A stretch of DNA of 32,000 nt from Mycobacterium leprae TN (GCF_000195855.1 NC_002677.1:2940001-2972000), one strand, 5' to 3'; counted from the first letter of the stretch, positions 1 to 10,960 are shown. Program-made: numbers and translations. Notes: generated from the sequence alone by a model not told the origin.

Positions 1-700
1 TAGAGAACCCAGAAACAGCTGAGAAAAGCACAAACCACATGGCGATGTTAGTGGAAGATCGCGGTGCAGGCGTGGAAAAAGAAAAACTCGTGGAAGCCGA
101 ATGCTGCCGGCCACGGGCTGAGCCAGCGCAGCCTGTAGAGTGATACCGACGACGAACAACAACACTCATAGCTCATGGCGGCCACCACGGCATTGTGCCG
201 GATCGTGCCGGTTGTACCACACCGCCACCCAACCCAGGAGCCGGGTAGAGTGGCACTCTCATCCAGCCCCAGCGCGGTGCCGTCGGCCAACACATCTTCG
301 GCAAAATGCCGTCCAGCTCGCCGCCCCATACGATCCACAGCACCACTCGCCCTGAGACTCAGGCGGCATGGTCAGTAGTGCGAAGGAAGGATAGCTACCG
401 CAATTAACACGAAGATCATCGAATGATCCAGCACGCCTCAACTATTTCTGAGCGGTCGCGGGTTTCCAGTTGATGCGATGGTTAGGTGGTGCTGATACTG
501 AACAGTGGCCGCAGTGTAGGCGAACGTAGCAAGCTGAGCGCGGTGGATGCCACCGCCTATTAGACAGCAACCAGTGACGCACCCGCAAGGGCAGCGATTA
601 ACGCGGAATAAACGTGGATCCAGCCTTGAAACGAGGCTTGTGGCGAGGTGTGGTCAGGAAGCGGGCGACGCCTTTTACAACCTGAAAGTGGCATTAGCCG
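1..700 (-). pseudogene. Hemolysin III / YqfA family membrane protein relic (Rv1085c-like), extends off left edge
   Basis: Minus-strand fragments in different frames: around 550-640 'KPRF' then 'FQGWIHVYSALIAALAGASLVAV' followed by a stop; around 48-140 'LYRLRWLSPWPAAFGFHEFFFFHACTAIFH', which resembles the hemolysin III C-terminal pattern. Next to the Rv1086-like gene, as in M. tuberculosis. Confidence 0.65.
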
Positions 701-897
701 GCGCCGAGCCTGACGATTCAGTCTCCGCGTTGCTAACCGTGCCGACCTGACCGTTCATTTCCTCTGTCTGCCTCCCCCTCCGTTGAGTTGCCATTGGCCA
801 ATGTGAATCCCAGTAACCTGGCACGTTTATCGCACAGACCCGACGTGATATAGCAGGAAATGCAGACCGGACTTTGTTGCTTGTCACAGTAGGGTAG

Positions 898-1692
898 ATG
901 TTCGTGGAGATCATTCCGCCACGGCTCAAAGAGCCATTGTATGCGCTCTATGAGTTGCGGCTGCGACAGGGTCTGACAGCCTCGGAATCCCGACTTCCTC
1001 GCCACATCGCGGTCCTGTGTGACGGAAACCGGCGGTGGGCCCGCGACGCTGGATACGACGATGTCAGCTACGGCTACCGGATGGGCGCGGCCAAGATCGC
1101 TGAAATGCTGCGGTGGTGCCAAGAAGCCGGCATCGAAATGACCACGGTCTATCTGCTATCCACGGAAAACTTGCAACGCGATCCCGATGAGCTGGCCGCA
1201 CTAATCGAGATCATCACTGATGTGGTTGAGGAAATCTGCGCACCTGCCAATCGCTGGAGTGTGCGTACCGTCGGTGATTTGGAACTACTTGGCGAGGAAC
1301 CAGCCTGTCGACTGCGCGGCGCGGTGGAATCCACACCAGGTGTAGCGCCGTTCCATGTCAATGTCGCGGTGGGTTACGGAGGTCGCCGCGAGATAGTCGG
1401 CGCGGTACGTGCGTTGTTGGGCAAGGAACTCGCCAACGGGGCCACTGCCGAGGAGCTTGTCGAGGCGGTGACCGTTGAAGGCATTGCCAGGAACCTGTAT
1501 ACCTCTGGCCAACCTGACCCCGATCTGGTGATCCGCACCTCAGGGGAGCAACGCCTGTCCGGGTTTTTGCTGTGGCAGAGTGCGTATTCAGAGATGTGGT
1601 TCACCGAAACGCACTGGCCCGCATTCCGGCGGGTCGATTTCCTGCGCGCGCTGCGCGATTACAGCATGAGGCACCGTCGGTACGGCAAGTAG
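898..1692 (+). CDS. Short-chain Z-isoprenyl diphosphate synthase (undecaprenyl pyrophosphate synthase family, Rv1086-like)
   Basis: Intact 264-aa ORF with signatures 'HIAVLCDGNRRWAR', 'STENLQRDPDEL', 'VNVAVGYGGRREIV', 'DPDLVIRTSGEQRLSGFLLWQSAYSEMWFTETHWPAF'. Start could be slightly downstream of 898. Confidence 0.95.
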   Translation: MFVEIIPPRLKEPLYALYELRLRQGLTASESRLPRHIAVLCDGNRRWARDAGYDDVSYGYRMGAAKIAEMLRWCQEAGIEMTTVYLLSTENLQRDPDELAALIEIITDVVEEICAPANRWSVRTVGDLELLGEEPACRLRGAVESTPGVAPFHVNVAVGYGGRREIVGAVRALLGKELANGATAEELVEAVTVEGIARNLYTSGQPDPDLVIRTSGEQRLSGFLLWQSAYSEMWFTETHWPAFRRVDFLRALRDYSMRHRRYGK

Positions 1693-1739
1693 CGGCCGGC
1701 GGCGAAGGTCTTAGTCAGTGGGGGCACAAGTGACACAAC

Positions 1740-3290
1740 CTATGCGTGATTGCGCTGTCAGTGGTTGTATTCACGCTCAGCGGGTGGCTAGGGTTTTGTA
1801 TCTGCTTGCTCGTTATCCGCCAACAAGCTGGTGCTCGCATTGAGGCGGCGATCGTACTGTGTGTTTTAGCGCTGTTAGTAGCGAGTAGCGTTCGACGTGG
1901 TGCGGACCGTCAGTGGTGCACGCACCCAGTTGCTTAGTCAGCTCGAGATCTACCTGGTTGTCCCCGGTCCCCGGGCTTGGCTTGGTTACGCAGTACTCGT
2001 AGAGCTGTCCTGTCCGCCTGAAACCGCTAGAGCGCGCACCGTTGAACTGTTGTTGGTCGGCCCCCGCTGTTGGTGCACTCACTCTGCTCGGTGCGACGAT
2101 GGCCGGCAATGTCAACGGACCGCTGGGGCAGGGTCACTGGCTGATGTGCGCGGTGATCTCGATAGTCCGTGCTGGATGCCATGGTGGCGGCAATACGACG
2201 GCCTACCCAGAAGGCCGGTACTGGTTGGCCGCAGTGGCCTCGGACTGGTTGTAGCCACGCTATTTCTTTTTCTTTGCGCTGGGCGAAGCTATCCTGGTTA
2301 TACCGCTCGGCCTGGCTCCCGGCTGGTTGGGATCTTGGCGCGGGACGGGTTTCGACGTGCTGCTGGGTCTCGCCGCAGCTCTGTGAGATGCCTTGAATGA
2401 GAGGCACGCGCTGCGTACCAACATGTTGTATCCGTTTGCTGGCTGTTCGGTGGTGGCGCTGTTTGGTGGCCAGGCCCTACTCGGCCTGGCGGCACAACCA
2501 GCAACGAACCCACCGCACAGATCTAACTGACGGTGTTGCTGGTCGCTAGCCTGGTAATCTCGATACTAGTGCAAGTGCTGGCAGATCTATTGGTCGGGAT
2601 TTTAACCTGCTGGCGTTCTCCAAGTTCCTCACGCTGCGTGCTGACCGAGCCGCGCTACGACTACACTGGTGCAGCACCGCCGCTGCGGTCGGCTGCGCCC
2701 CTGGTCGATGGCGACTAGAAGCCATTGATAAGACCACCCGCTAGGCGCTGGGCTACTACAGTGACCTAGCCGAACTGGCCGTCAGCCAGCTGGACCGCAT
2801 TGCCGGTGATCGATAAGCGACTTGCCGATCGTAACGCGCCCGACCATCCGCTGGAGCGGGTCAACGAAGTCCAGGCTGTTCTCGCCGACCGCATTAGGCG
2901 GCACAAGCCGCACAACGCTGGCGACTTCGTAATCACCAAACAGTACCGCTACTACAACTCGCTGTATTTCCCATACGTGTCAGTGATTCGGCTAGGTGAT
3001 CTTGCGCGCCGATACGCTACCGGCGCGCAAAAGTTGTGTGGGCTTTTGAAAATAGTTGACGTAGTCAAAATCGGAAATAGACGGATGAGCTACCTGGTCC
3101 TTACTATGGGCAGCAGTACGTATATAGTGTCACGAATATATGTGGCAGTGTTTCGGTGGCACCCCACCCAACTGTCGCTCCAAGGAAATAATCACATGAC
3201 CGCTATCCTCGGTCAGCGAGCCAGACCCCTGTACGACTCGACCGACTGGCTGCCACGTTTTTCCATGTGTCCTGTGATGCCACGTTGATG
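1740..3290 (+). pseudogene. Decayed coding remnants of unidentified membrane protein(s)
   Basis: Several short plus-strand frames with hydrophobic segments and proteins broken by stops/frameshifts (1746..1937, 1897..2400, 2533..2718, 2800..3288). Family not identified. Confidence 0.35.
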
Positions 3291-3293
3291 TGA

Positions 3294-3524
3294 TTGCCCG
3301 GTTTGGTCGTCGCCTTCACAGTCGACGAAATTTCGTCGCTGACCAGGTTGACATCTGGCCAGGAATACGCCATGAGTGTCTTCTTCGTGCTCTATGCACT
3401 AATTATGGCGTTCAGTTTTACTACGCTGAGCATCTACATACGGTTCAAGGACTTGGAGTTGCGCTACGCGTGTTTGGCTCGCGTCGTTGCGCTGGAAGGA
3501 GCGCGCGCGCCCGAGCCGTTCTAG
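3294..3524 (+). pseudogene. Remnant of a small DUF2304-like membrane protein (Rv3632-like C-terminal part)
   Basis: 'DEISSLTRLTSGQEYAMSVFFVLYALIMAFSFTTLSIYIRFKDLELRYACLARVVALEGARAPE' has a TM segment followed by the basic/acidic helix typical of this family; no N-terminal portion in frame. Confidence 0.45.
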
Positions 3525-3529
3525 GGTGT

Positions 3530-4200
3530 TGTGGGTGTTTCATAGGTGGTGGGTGAAATGGCTGTTTTTGCGTTTTATGACTGGCCGATATGTTCGGTAG
3601 TCGTGGGGGGCAGCCCGGAATCCTGTTGACGTGTTTTGCTGTGTTGCGGGGTTTTTGTTGGTGGGTGGCTGACTGCCTGCTTTCGATGAGGCTTCGTGTG
3701 CTTTGCCGCAGTGGACACGATTAGCGCGGCGCACGTAAGCATGTCGGTGGTGGGTGCTGCTTGGTCTACATGTTGATGATGCCAGGGGCTGGGCACCTGG
3801 GCTGTGCTGAAGGCGATATCGATGCAGGCGTGGGTGTGAGGGTAGTTGTTAGCGCCGCGGGGTAGGGGCGTTTTAGTGTGCATGTCATGGCCTTGAGGTG
3901 TCGGCGTGGTCAATGTGGCCGCACCTGAACAGGCACGTCCCCGTGCACGGTATAACTATTCGCACCTGATGTTATCCCTTGCACCATTTCTGCCGCTGGT
4001 ATCGGTGTCGGCGGCTTGTTGACCGGCCCTCAGCCAGCAAGCAGGCATGCCGCCGGGTGCAGCAGTATCGTGTTAGTGAACAGTGCATCGATGATCCGGC
4101 CGTCGGCGGCACATACGGCAACCTTCTAGCGCAGATCAACCACCCACACCCCACCAGCCCACCACAACACCACCACCCAAACCAAACCAGCAAAAAATAA
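3530..4200 (+). repeat. RLEP dispersed repeat element of M. leprae (approximate boundaries)
   Basis: Contains sequences I recognise as published RLEP PCR primer sites: TGAGGCTTCGTGTGCTTTGC (3687-3706), TGCATGTCATGGCCTTGAGG (3880-3899), TGAGGTGTCGGCGTGGTC (about 3895-3912), complement of CACCGATACCAGCGGCAGAA (about 3988-4007), complement of ATCTGCGCTAGAAGGTTGCC (4117-4136). G-rich left flank and C-rich right flank. Confidence 0.9.
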
Positions 4201-4335
4201 CCACCATGTAGTCTACCCGACTTCCGTAACCATAATTGTCAATAGCGCGGACGTTGCCGGCGCCTATCCGATGAAGCTGCGTATTTCAAAGTTCTACATT
4301 CATCTAAGACGCCGGACTAAATACCCCATCAACGG

Positions 4336-5030
4336 GTGATCGACAACGTCGGACAGTGCCAGTACTGCGAGGCCAGTCGCGTCAAACCGCTCGTAAAGAC
4401 GATTACCAGGCGTTTTAACAGGTGTTCCTGGATTCCAGGCTGGCACTTCACTACCTGGGAAGCTCTTTCGTCAGGAAACAACAAAGCATCGGGGTGGCAC
4501 GCGCGCTGGCCGGTTAATCGACCAAATCCTGTTTATGTACTAGCCATTCTCGGACGTCGACAACGTGGTTCGTCATGAATTGCAGAACGAAGTATTGTGT
4601 TTACAAAGCGAATCTGGCAAAACCATTTCGTTCGTCACGAAGGATATCAATGGGGCACTAAGCTCACCGACAAAGAAGCGGTGTTCAGTCGAGACGGTGT
4701 GCTCCAGCAGTTCGACAAGCCTGTGCGGCTGCTGTCGGAGCTGGCCAATGAACTCATGGCGAAGTATCGGACTCAGCCGTTAGCTATCCGGTGGTTGCAG
4801 CTCATCGACGCGACCGTCCTGGCCGCTGCACGGTATCGAACGAATCCCTGCGCACGGCCTCGCCGATCCTGGCAACACACAACTTCTGGCCGGTTGTATG
4901 CTAGTCGTCAACGAGGACTCGCCGTTGAACTGTATCGACAGCTAAAGGCCTGCGGCGGTACCGTGCCGGCGTGTAGTTGTCCGACAGTATCGGTGCTGTT
5001 CCAGCCGTTCGGAAATCTAAGCTGAGCACT
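4336..5030 (+). pseudogene. Unidentified decayed coding remnant(s)
   Basis: Two plus-strand frames with protein-like composition (4336..4578; 4597..5025 'FSRDGVLQQFDKPVRLLSELANELMAKYRTQPLAIRWLQLIDATVLAAARYR'). No family recognised. Confidence 0.25.
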
Positions 5031-5487
5031 GAATGCGGCGCCGTTCTCGCCGACATCCGTAGACGTCACGATTAACGGCTAGAGCAACGTCATTGGCGGC
5101 ATATTGACCACAAAGTGCTGACCGCAGTCAAAGCCCGGCGGCGAGCCGGAACGGGGCATCATACTTGCACTATCTACTTTTCCCCCTCGGACTACACGCA
5201 GGCACTAACAGTGGTACGTATGCGATTGTCGTAAGTCTCGATGCTGTTCGAGCTCATTAATCGCCGGGGTGCTAGTGCAACACGCTCCGATTCCGCTACG
5301 AGGCCAACGTAATGGTCGCGCTGAACGCCTAACCCCGCTGCGCTGCTGATGCGGGCGGTGCCCGAAGCCCTGGACGAAGTACCCACCCCAGGTGCAGCAC
5401 GCGGCGACCACAGTCGCCCGGATACTGTTAAATTGAGCTGCTGCTATCTCTTACGGTGTTTATCGCCAATTTGCGGGTGGTACTATA

Positions 5488-5556
5488 TAATACTGTAGTG
5501 AACGACATCATAATACTGTAGTGAACGACATCATAATACTGTAGTGAACGACATCG
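5488..5556. repeat. Tandem repeat, 23-bp unit x 3 copies (TAATACTGTAGTGAACGACATCA)
   Basis: Direct read: 5488-5510, 5511-5533, 5534-5556; third copy differs only at its last base. Matches the format of the M. leprae 23-3 VNTR typing locus. Confidence 0.95.
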
Positions 5557-6180
5557 TGGTGGTACCGGTGGGCGGCATCCAAGATTTGGGAGCGGATTTA
5601 CGGCCAAACTACAAAAAATCAATAAAAAACGATCAGGTCTTTGCTAGCATCATCGCACTGTTTGTGCTTCGAATCGCCATCGATATGGCTGGTTACTCCC
5701 ACGCTGAAAGCATACCACACGGACTGCCCGTCGGTGGCGTTCGTACTGGCCCCGATCGTGGGCGGTGCGCGATGTACTTTGTGGCACAGGCGGTGTCGTA
5801 CCTGCTGATCGCCTACTTGAACTTTACCTGGCCGACCCACGCACATCTTGAAACATCTGGAGTCCGCTCACAGTCACAATGGCGGGGGCCTAGTAGCTGC
5901 TCGCTGTCCCAAGCTGGCTGCTTACGGGCACACTCAGCCGCAACATCCTGCTGATGGTGGGTACCAGTCAACGGACTGTGCGCACCACCAACGCTGGGTA
6001 TGATGCTGCTGTTCAGTCCGGGCCCGGGCCGCTGCTGGTTGCTCTGATGGCACTGGGTGTCCTGTCACTCCTGACCGGCAACTACACTGACGTAGCCAAT
6101 GGTGATCCGCCGGTACTCAATGCCGCCCGCTTTAATAGCCATGACGGAAGCAGAGGTACTGCTGCAGGTCGAAGTCCCTA
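5544..6180 (+). pseudogene. Decayed membrane protein remnant
   Basis: Hydrophobic segments in the plus frames, 'VFASIIALFVLRIAIDMAG', 'MYFVAQAVSYLLIAYLNFTW', 'LLVALMALGVLSLLTGN', spread over different frames with stops. Confidence 0.35.
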
Positions 6181-6599
6181 ACACGCTGCCATTAACCGCT
6201 AGACGTGCTGCGCAGCACAACCCTGCAGCTAAACAGCGACGACCGCTATGTTGGCCGCGTACGGCACGCCTAAGTAGACTAGGTGGGTTATCTCATAGGC
6301 GGAACCAAAGTCCGTGCATTTCACCTCACCCTGGTCTGTGCACTGGATAGTCGCTGCGTTGGCGCTGACCCTTGACATACTACTACTAGTACTAGCTAGC
6401 GTCGGCGGTGTGGGTATCGATACCCGGCGCCCATTGAACTGCGTAAACGCATCGGTCTGCGAGAGCGCAAACTGGTCCACAGCGAAGTCCGCACTTAACC
6501 AACAAGCACACCGCTGTACGTGGGCACGTTTTACGGTAGAGGGATGAACCGCGCCGGTGACGACACAGAAGCCTAGCAAGGAGGAGGGGCGGCTGCACA

Positions 6600-7192
6600 T
6601 GGACGCAGCGTCCTCTAATCCAACGTGCTCCTGGCTGGCGATGTTAACTTGGCGCACACAGGTATGTCTCCGCGCATGGAATCGGTGTGATTGCGTTGTC
6701 CGACAAACGCATCAGGGCTCATGGTCGTATCGTCGCCGCGGCCACCGCAACTAATCTGGCGTTCGGCGCCTTTCACGAAGTGCAGACCGATGAGACTGGC
6801 GCCACCAAGCGTTTCGGATATGACCGTCACGCTAGCCGTGCGAAAACGTCAGCTTGCCTATCGCCCGCGGCGAAAAAAAACATGCGGTCGGTGACTGGTC
6901 CACCAGGGGCAAACGTGGAGCATACAATGACGCGCTCGACGTCGACGTGGTGTTTAGTGCGTCCTTCAATGCCCTACCGATCCGCCGCCTCGGTCTACAC
7001 GAACGGGTGGAAGAAATCATTTTGTCGATGGTTTATGCACGAGTGCCTGAGCTGCCCGTCGCAGCCGACACCGTGAGCTACACCAGCTCAATACACCTTG
7101 ACGGAATCAAGTTGCGTTCACCGGTCAGGAACACCATCGTCGATGCCGACGCGTTTATCATGGACTACCCAGGCTTGGCAGAGCGGATCTGA
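6600..7192 (+). pseudogene. Rv3755c-like conserved protein, frameshifted
   Basis: Plus-strand pieces 'RIRAHGRIVAAATATNLAFGAFHEVQTDETGATKRFGYDRH' (from 6687) and 'GAYNDALDVDVVFSASFNALPIRRLGLHERVEEIILSMVYARVPELPVAADTVSYTSSIHLDG...' (6854-7192) in different frames; position convergent to tyrA matches the Rv3754/Rv3755c arrangement. Confidence 0.5.
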
Positions 7193-8180
7193 TCACCCCA
7201 CCTGCTCGGCCTGCAGCCGCCAGGTCTTCGCGCCAATTCTCCGCGCCGATGATGACGGTGACGATGTCGGAGCGCGGGAAGCTGTCGTAACGCGCGCGCG
7301 CGGCATGGCCCGCTTCGACGAGTTCAGCCACTGAATTGTTGCAAGCCAGGGAGTCGCGGGCACGGCAAAGCAACTCGATGACCCGGTCGACGGACGACAG
7401 CAGTTGGCCGGAGTTTCCTTCGCACATCGCACGCACTAAGTCCGGAGCGGTTCCGGCTACTCGGGTGGCGTCACGGAACGATCCTGCCGCCACCGCGAAC
7501 GCCAGCGGAACCTCAGCGGCGGCTACAGCCAAAGCTTCAGCGAGCAAGTGCGGCATATGCGAAATGGCAGCTGCAGCGGCGTCGTGCTCGTCGGATTTTG
7601 CCGGTAATACCAGCGCGCCGCAATCCAACGCCAATGTCATAACCATTGACCACACCGCGGGGTCCACATGGTCGTCTACACTAAGCACCCAGGAAGTCCT
7701 GTTGAACAACCCGCCATGTCCGGCGCCCCAACCCGATTGCGCAGTGCCGGTCATCGGGTGACCACCGACGAAGCGGGCCTGCAAACCAACCGAAACAACC
7801 GCGTCGAGCACCGCGGTTTTGACGCTGGTAACATCAGTGAGCGGACAGTTGGGCGCCAATTCGCGAATGTGGGCGAGCATGGCCGGCAATGCCGGCATCG
7901 GCACAGCCAGCACGATCAATGCGTGGGTATCGGCGGCGCGAACTAACGCGTCAGCAAGTTTGGTAGTGGCGTCAAAACCGTCTGACCGAGCGCTCTGCGC
8001 GCCTTTCACTGAACGATTATAGCCGAAAACCTCACGACCGGCCTCCGCCGTGGCCCGCATGATCGATCCGCCGATCAATCCCAGCCCAAGCACGCACACC
8101 GGTCGCCCGACGCAGTCCCAGCCACCATCCAAGATTGACACAGTTTGCGGGTCGTGGTTGCCCCAAGTGCTGTCGATCAC
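7158..8180 (-). CDS. tyrA: Prephenate dehydrogenase TyrA (start may be the GTG at about 8111)
   Basis: Intact ORF with '[17 protein letters not shown]' Rossmann motif, '[23 protein letters not shown]', '[21 protein letters not shown]', '[21 protein letters not shown]'. Confidence 0.93.
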   Translation of the reverse strand: MIDSTWGNHDPQTVSILDGGWDCVGRPVCVLGLGLIGGSIMRATAEAGREVFGYNRSVKGAQSARSDGFDATTKLADALVRAADTHALIVLAVPMPALPAMLAHIRELAPNCPLTDVTSVKTAVLDAVVSVGLQARFVGGHPMTGTAQSGWGAGHGGLFNRTSWVLSVDDHVDPAVWSMVMTLALDCGALVLPAKSDEHDAAAAAISHMPHLLAEALAVAAAEVPLAFAVAAGSFRDATRVAGTAPDLVRAMCEGNSGQLLSSVDRVIELLCRARDSLACNNSVAELVEAGHAARARYDSFPRSDIVTVIIGAENWREDLAAAGRAGGVIRSALPSLGSP

Positions 8181-8229
8181 GAGCAGTCATCTGGTCAAGG
8201 GACCCGGTCGGCGACTAGCGTAAGCGCCC

Positions 8230-8751
8230 ATGGGGGCAGAACGGGCGTCGGCGAAAGTCCCAGCGGCAGACATGCCGGACGGTTTCGGCGTTGCGGTTGT
8301 GCGAGAAGAGGGTCAGTGGCGTTGTTCTGCGATGGCCTCCAAGTCGTTGACGAGCCTGACGGCAGCCGAGACGGAACTGCGTGAGCTGCGGAGTGTGGGA
8401 GCAGTCTTTGGTCTCCTGGACGTCGACGACGAATTCTTCATCATCCTGCGCCCAGCACCGTCCGGTACCAGGTTGCTGCTGTCGGACGCTACCGCCGCGC
8501 TGGACTATGATATCGCCGCCGAAATTTTGGACAGTTTAGACGCCGAAATTGATCCCGAGGACCTCGAGGATGCATACCCCTTTGAGGAAGGCGACCTGGG
8601 GTTGTTGTCCGATGTAGGGCTACCAGAGGCGACGCTGGGGGTCATCCTCGATCAGACCGACCTGTACGCCGACGAGCAACTGGGCCACATTGCCCGTGAG
8701 ATGGGCTTTGCCGAGCAGCTGTCAGCGGTGATCAACCGCCTTGGTCGGTGA
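8230..8751 (+). CDS. tRNA adenosine deaminase-associated protein (Rv3753c-like)
   Basis: Intact 173-aa ORF directly upstream of and overlapping tadA; acidic 'DVDDEFFIILRPAPSGTRLLLSDATAALDYDIAAEILD' typical of the family. Probable start is a few codons downstream (MPDGFGVAVV). Confidence 0.8.
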   Translation: MGAERASAKVPAADMPDGFGVAVVREEGQWRCSAMASKSLTSLTAAETELRELRSVGAVFGLLDVDDEFFIILRPAPSGTRLLLSDATAALDYDIAAEILDSLDAEIDPEDLEDAYPFEEGDLGLLSDVGLPEATLGVILDQTDLYADEQLGHIAREMGFAEQLSAVINRLGR

Positions 8752-9281
8752 CCGCAAACGCAGCGATGCCGAGCGCAGCGGGGCGCCGCCATCAGACCCG
8801 ATCGGTTACCACTGACGAAGATTTGATCCGTGCCGCACTAACAGTTGCCACGACGGCGGGGTCGCGCGATGTACCGATTGGGGCAGTGGTCCTCGGCGCC
8901 GACGGAAACGAACTCGCCCGGGCAGTAAATGCCCGTGAAGCCATTGGCGATCCCACCGCGCACGCCGAAATTTTGGCAATGCGGGCGGCGGCCGGTACAC
9001 TAGGCAATGGATGGCGGCTGGAGGGGACTACGTTGGCAGTCACCGTTGAACCGTGCACCATGTGCGCGGGTGCTCTGGTCCTGGCACGTATCGAGCGACT
9101 GGTGTTTGGAGCCTGGCAACCCAAGACCGGAGCGGTCGGGTCGCTGTGGGATGTGGTCCGCGACCATAGACTCAACCATCGCCCAGCCGTACGCGGCGGA
9201 GTGCTTGCTCAGGAGTGCACAGCACCACTGGAGGCGTTCTTTGCTCACCAGCGATTGAGTAAAGGGCCGCCGGTTCGGTAA
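8748..9281 (+). CDS. tadA: tRNA-specific adenosine deaminase
   Basis: Zn-deaminase motifs 'HAEILAMRAAA' and 'PCTMCAGALVLARI'. Start uncertain within the N-terminal ~25 codons. Confidence 0.9.
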   Translation: MTANAAMPSAAGRRHQTRSVTTDEDLIRAALTVATTAGSRDVPIGAVVLGADGNELARAVNAREAIGDPTAHAEILAMRAAAGTLGNGWRLEGTTLAVTVEPCTMCAGALVLARIERLVFGAWQPKTGAVGSLWDVVRDHRLNHRPAVRGGVLAQECTAPLEAFFAHQRLSKGPPVR

Positions 9282-9297
9282 ACTACCCAATGGTAAT

Positions 9298-9388
9298 GGT
9301 GGTGTGTCCGAGCGGCCTAAGGAGCACGCCTCGAAAGCGTGTGACGGCAAAAACCCGTCCGAGGGTTCAAATCCCTCCGCCACCGCCA
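9298..9388 (+). tRNA. tRNA-Ser (anticodon CGA), encoded CCA
   Basis: Acceptor GGTGGTG pairs with CGCCACC (one G-U), anticodon loop CTCGAAA in stem ACGC/GCGT, long variable arm, T-arm GAGGGTTCAAATCCCTC, discriminator G + CCA (9386-9388). Confidence 0.95.
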
Positions 9389-10604
9389 AAGTTACCCGCA
9401 AAAAATTGCCGGTAGACCCCTACTGTGATGCTGCGCAGCAGCTCAATTACCACCGAACTTGGCCATCACGCCATTGTGTTGGACTGACCGAGGAGAGTCC
9501 ACAAGCACGGCGTCGAATCCGACTTTCTTCGCAAGCTGGTAGTCCGTCGGCTGTTTTCACGACAAAACATGACGTTCACCCCAGGAGGCAATTTGAAACA
9601 CGCGACGGCGACCGGGTCTTACAAATCAGCGTTAGCCGGATTTGACCGGCACGAGCGGTGAATTTTCGGTGACAGTCACATCAGAATGCAGTTCAAATCC
9701 TGCCCACTTACCTGCCTGGGATGCCGGGTCGCAGCGCTGGCTCAACGCCATGTTGAGCAGGTGCAGACTTGCTAGGGTATATCACGACTTGTGGTGAACC
9801 CGCAGTCCCTGCTCCTGAAAAGCCAAGCTAGTGATGACCCTATCGGTGAAGTAGAGGGTCGACCGCAGGACAGTTGCCCATCCTAGCCTAATCTTATTCA
9901 ACACCTCCGCGACCGCTGAGACCAGCAGCTGCTGGGAGGCATCTGCTCGATATCGAGAAACAGCGTTATATCCGGTGGAACCGCGGCGATGATTTGACTC
10001 TAGCGGCCAGTATCGGTGTGGCCCGTTGGCGGTACGGATAACCATCGACGCCTGGCTCACCTCGCGTTGAGTTTGCTGCAGTTGCTAGGCAATCTCAGCA
10101 TTGACAAGTCCTGTGCAGTCGGTTTATATCTGCTAGATAAGCCTGTCGATAAAACGCCAGCACCCCATCGCTACTGGCCTGCACAGGAAGCCACACACCA
10201 CCCACGCCAGATAGGACCGCAGTCGGTAGTCGCTGCGACAGTATTTGCCGGGAAGTCACCGTGCCCCGCGGCGCGCGATGATCGATGATCAGCGGCTCGT
10301 CGGCTGACACAGACACCTAAGCATCCACCACACCGCAAGCCCCTCTCAAGGCAATCAACAGCGCCAACGTATCCAACACAGCCGGCTTCCTTCCTCAACC
10401 CGAAATTCCTTTCACGCCATTCCCGCCCACTAGAGACCCCGATCGTCCCTGCCAAAAGACAACTAAAACCATCGACTAAAACCGTTGACCAAACAACAAC
10501 CAACACTGCGTGCGACTCAAAATACCCGCGCGATGTGGCTGCTAGTGCTGCAGAGGCTGCGGGACACCCCCATAACCCAGTTGGGTAGCAGTGTAGCGAG
10601 CGGC

Positions 10605-10960
10605 TTCGGTGATGGACAAAGCATACACCACGGTACAGTTAGGCATAGATCTCTGTCCACACGTCGCCGAGCTCCGTGGTGTCGAAGCGCATCCCGACCA
10701 TCGCGTTGCCGCCTTTGGTACGCGTTTCGTTCACCAGCCGACCCACTGCCTCATTGCGACTCTCAGCCAGGTTTTTAGTCATGCCCTGCAGTTCGCCACA
10801 GAACATCGATTTGAATCCGACACCGAACTGGGAAAAATATTTCGCGATCGGACGGTGAGGCCAAAGACTTCGCCGCAGACACGTTGGATCTCCCAACCAG
10901 GAATGTTATTGGTAGTAACGACAAGCACCGAACAACCTTTCTGCAGAAAAGGGATTTGGG
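10605..10960 (-). pseudogene. YbjQ/UPF0145-family (heavy-metal-binding-like domain) protein relic, two frameshifts
   Basis: Minus strand: 'VLVVTTNNIPGWEIQRVCGEVFGLTVRSRNIFPSSV' (frame ending 10779), then 'FKSMFCGELQGMTKNLAESRNEAVGRLVNETRTKGGNAMVGMRFDTTELGDVWTEIYA' (10639-), then 'TVVYALSI' in a third frame. Confidence 0.8.

Noticed and set aside
3575-3913. 112-aa minus-strand ORF inside RLEP
   Set aside because: RLEP is regarded as non-coding; composition is His/Thr/Pro biased and it has no recognisable domain.
5488-5556. Possible CRISPR-like array
   Set aside because: Units are contiguous with no unique spacers and only three copies, so it is a minisatellite.
8792-9401. Long minus-strand ORFs across tadA and the tRNA
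   Set aside because: Antisense to tadA and the tRNA-Ser; the plus-strand deaminase motifs are decisive.
9304-9645. Plus-strand ORF starting 'MSERPKEHASKACDGKNPSEGSNPSAT'
   Set aside because: Its N-terminus is a translation of the tRNA-Ser gene, a common annotation artefact.
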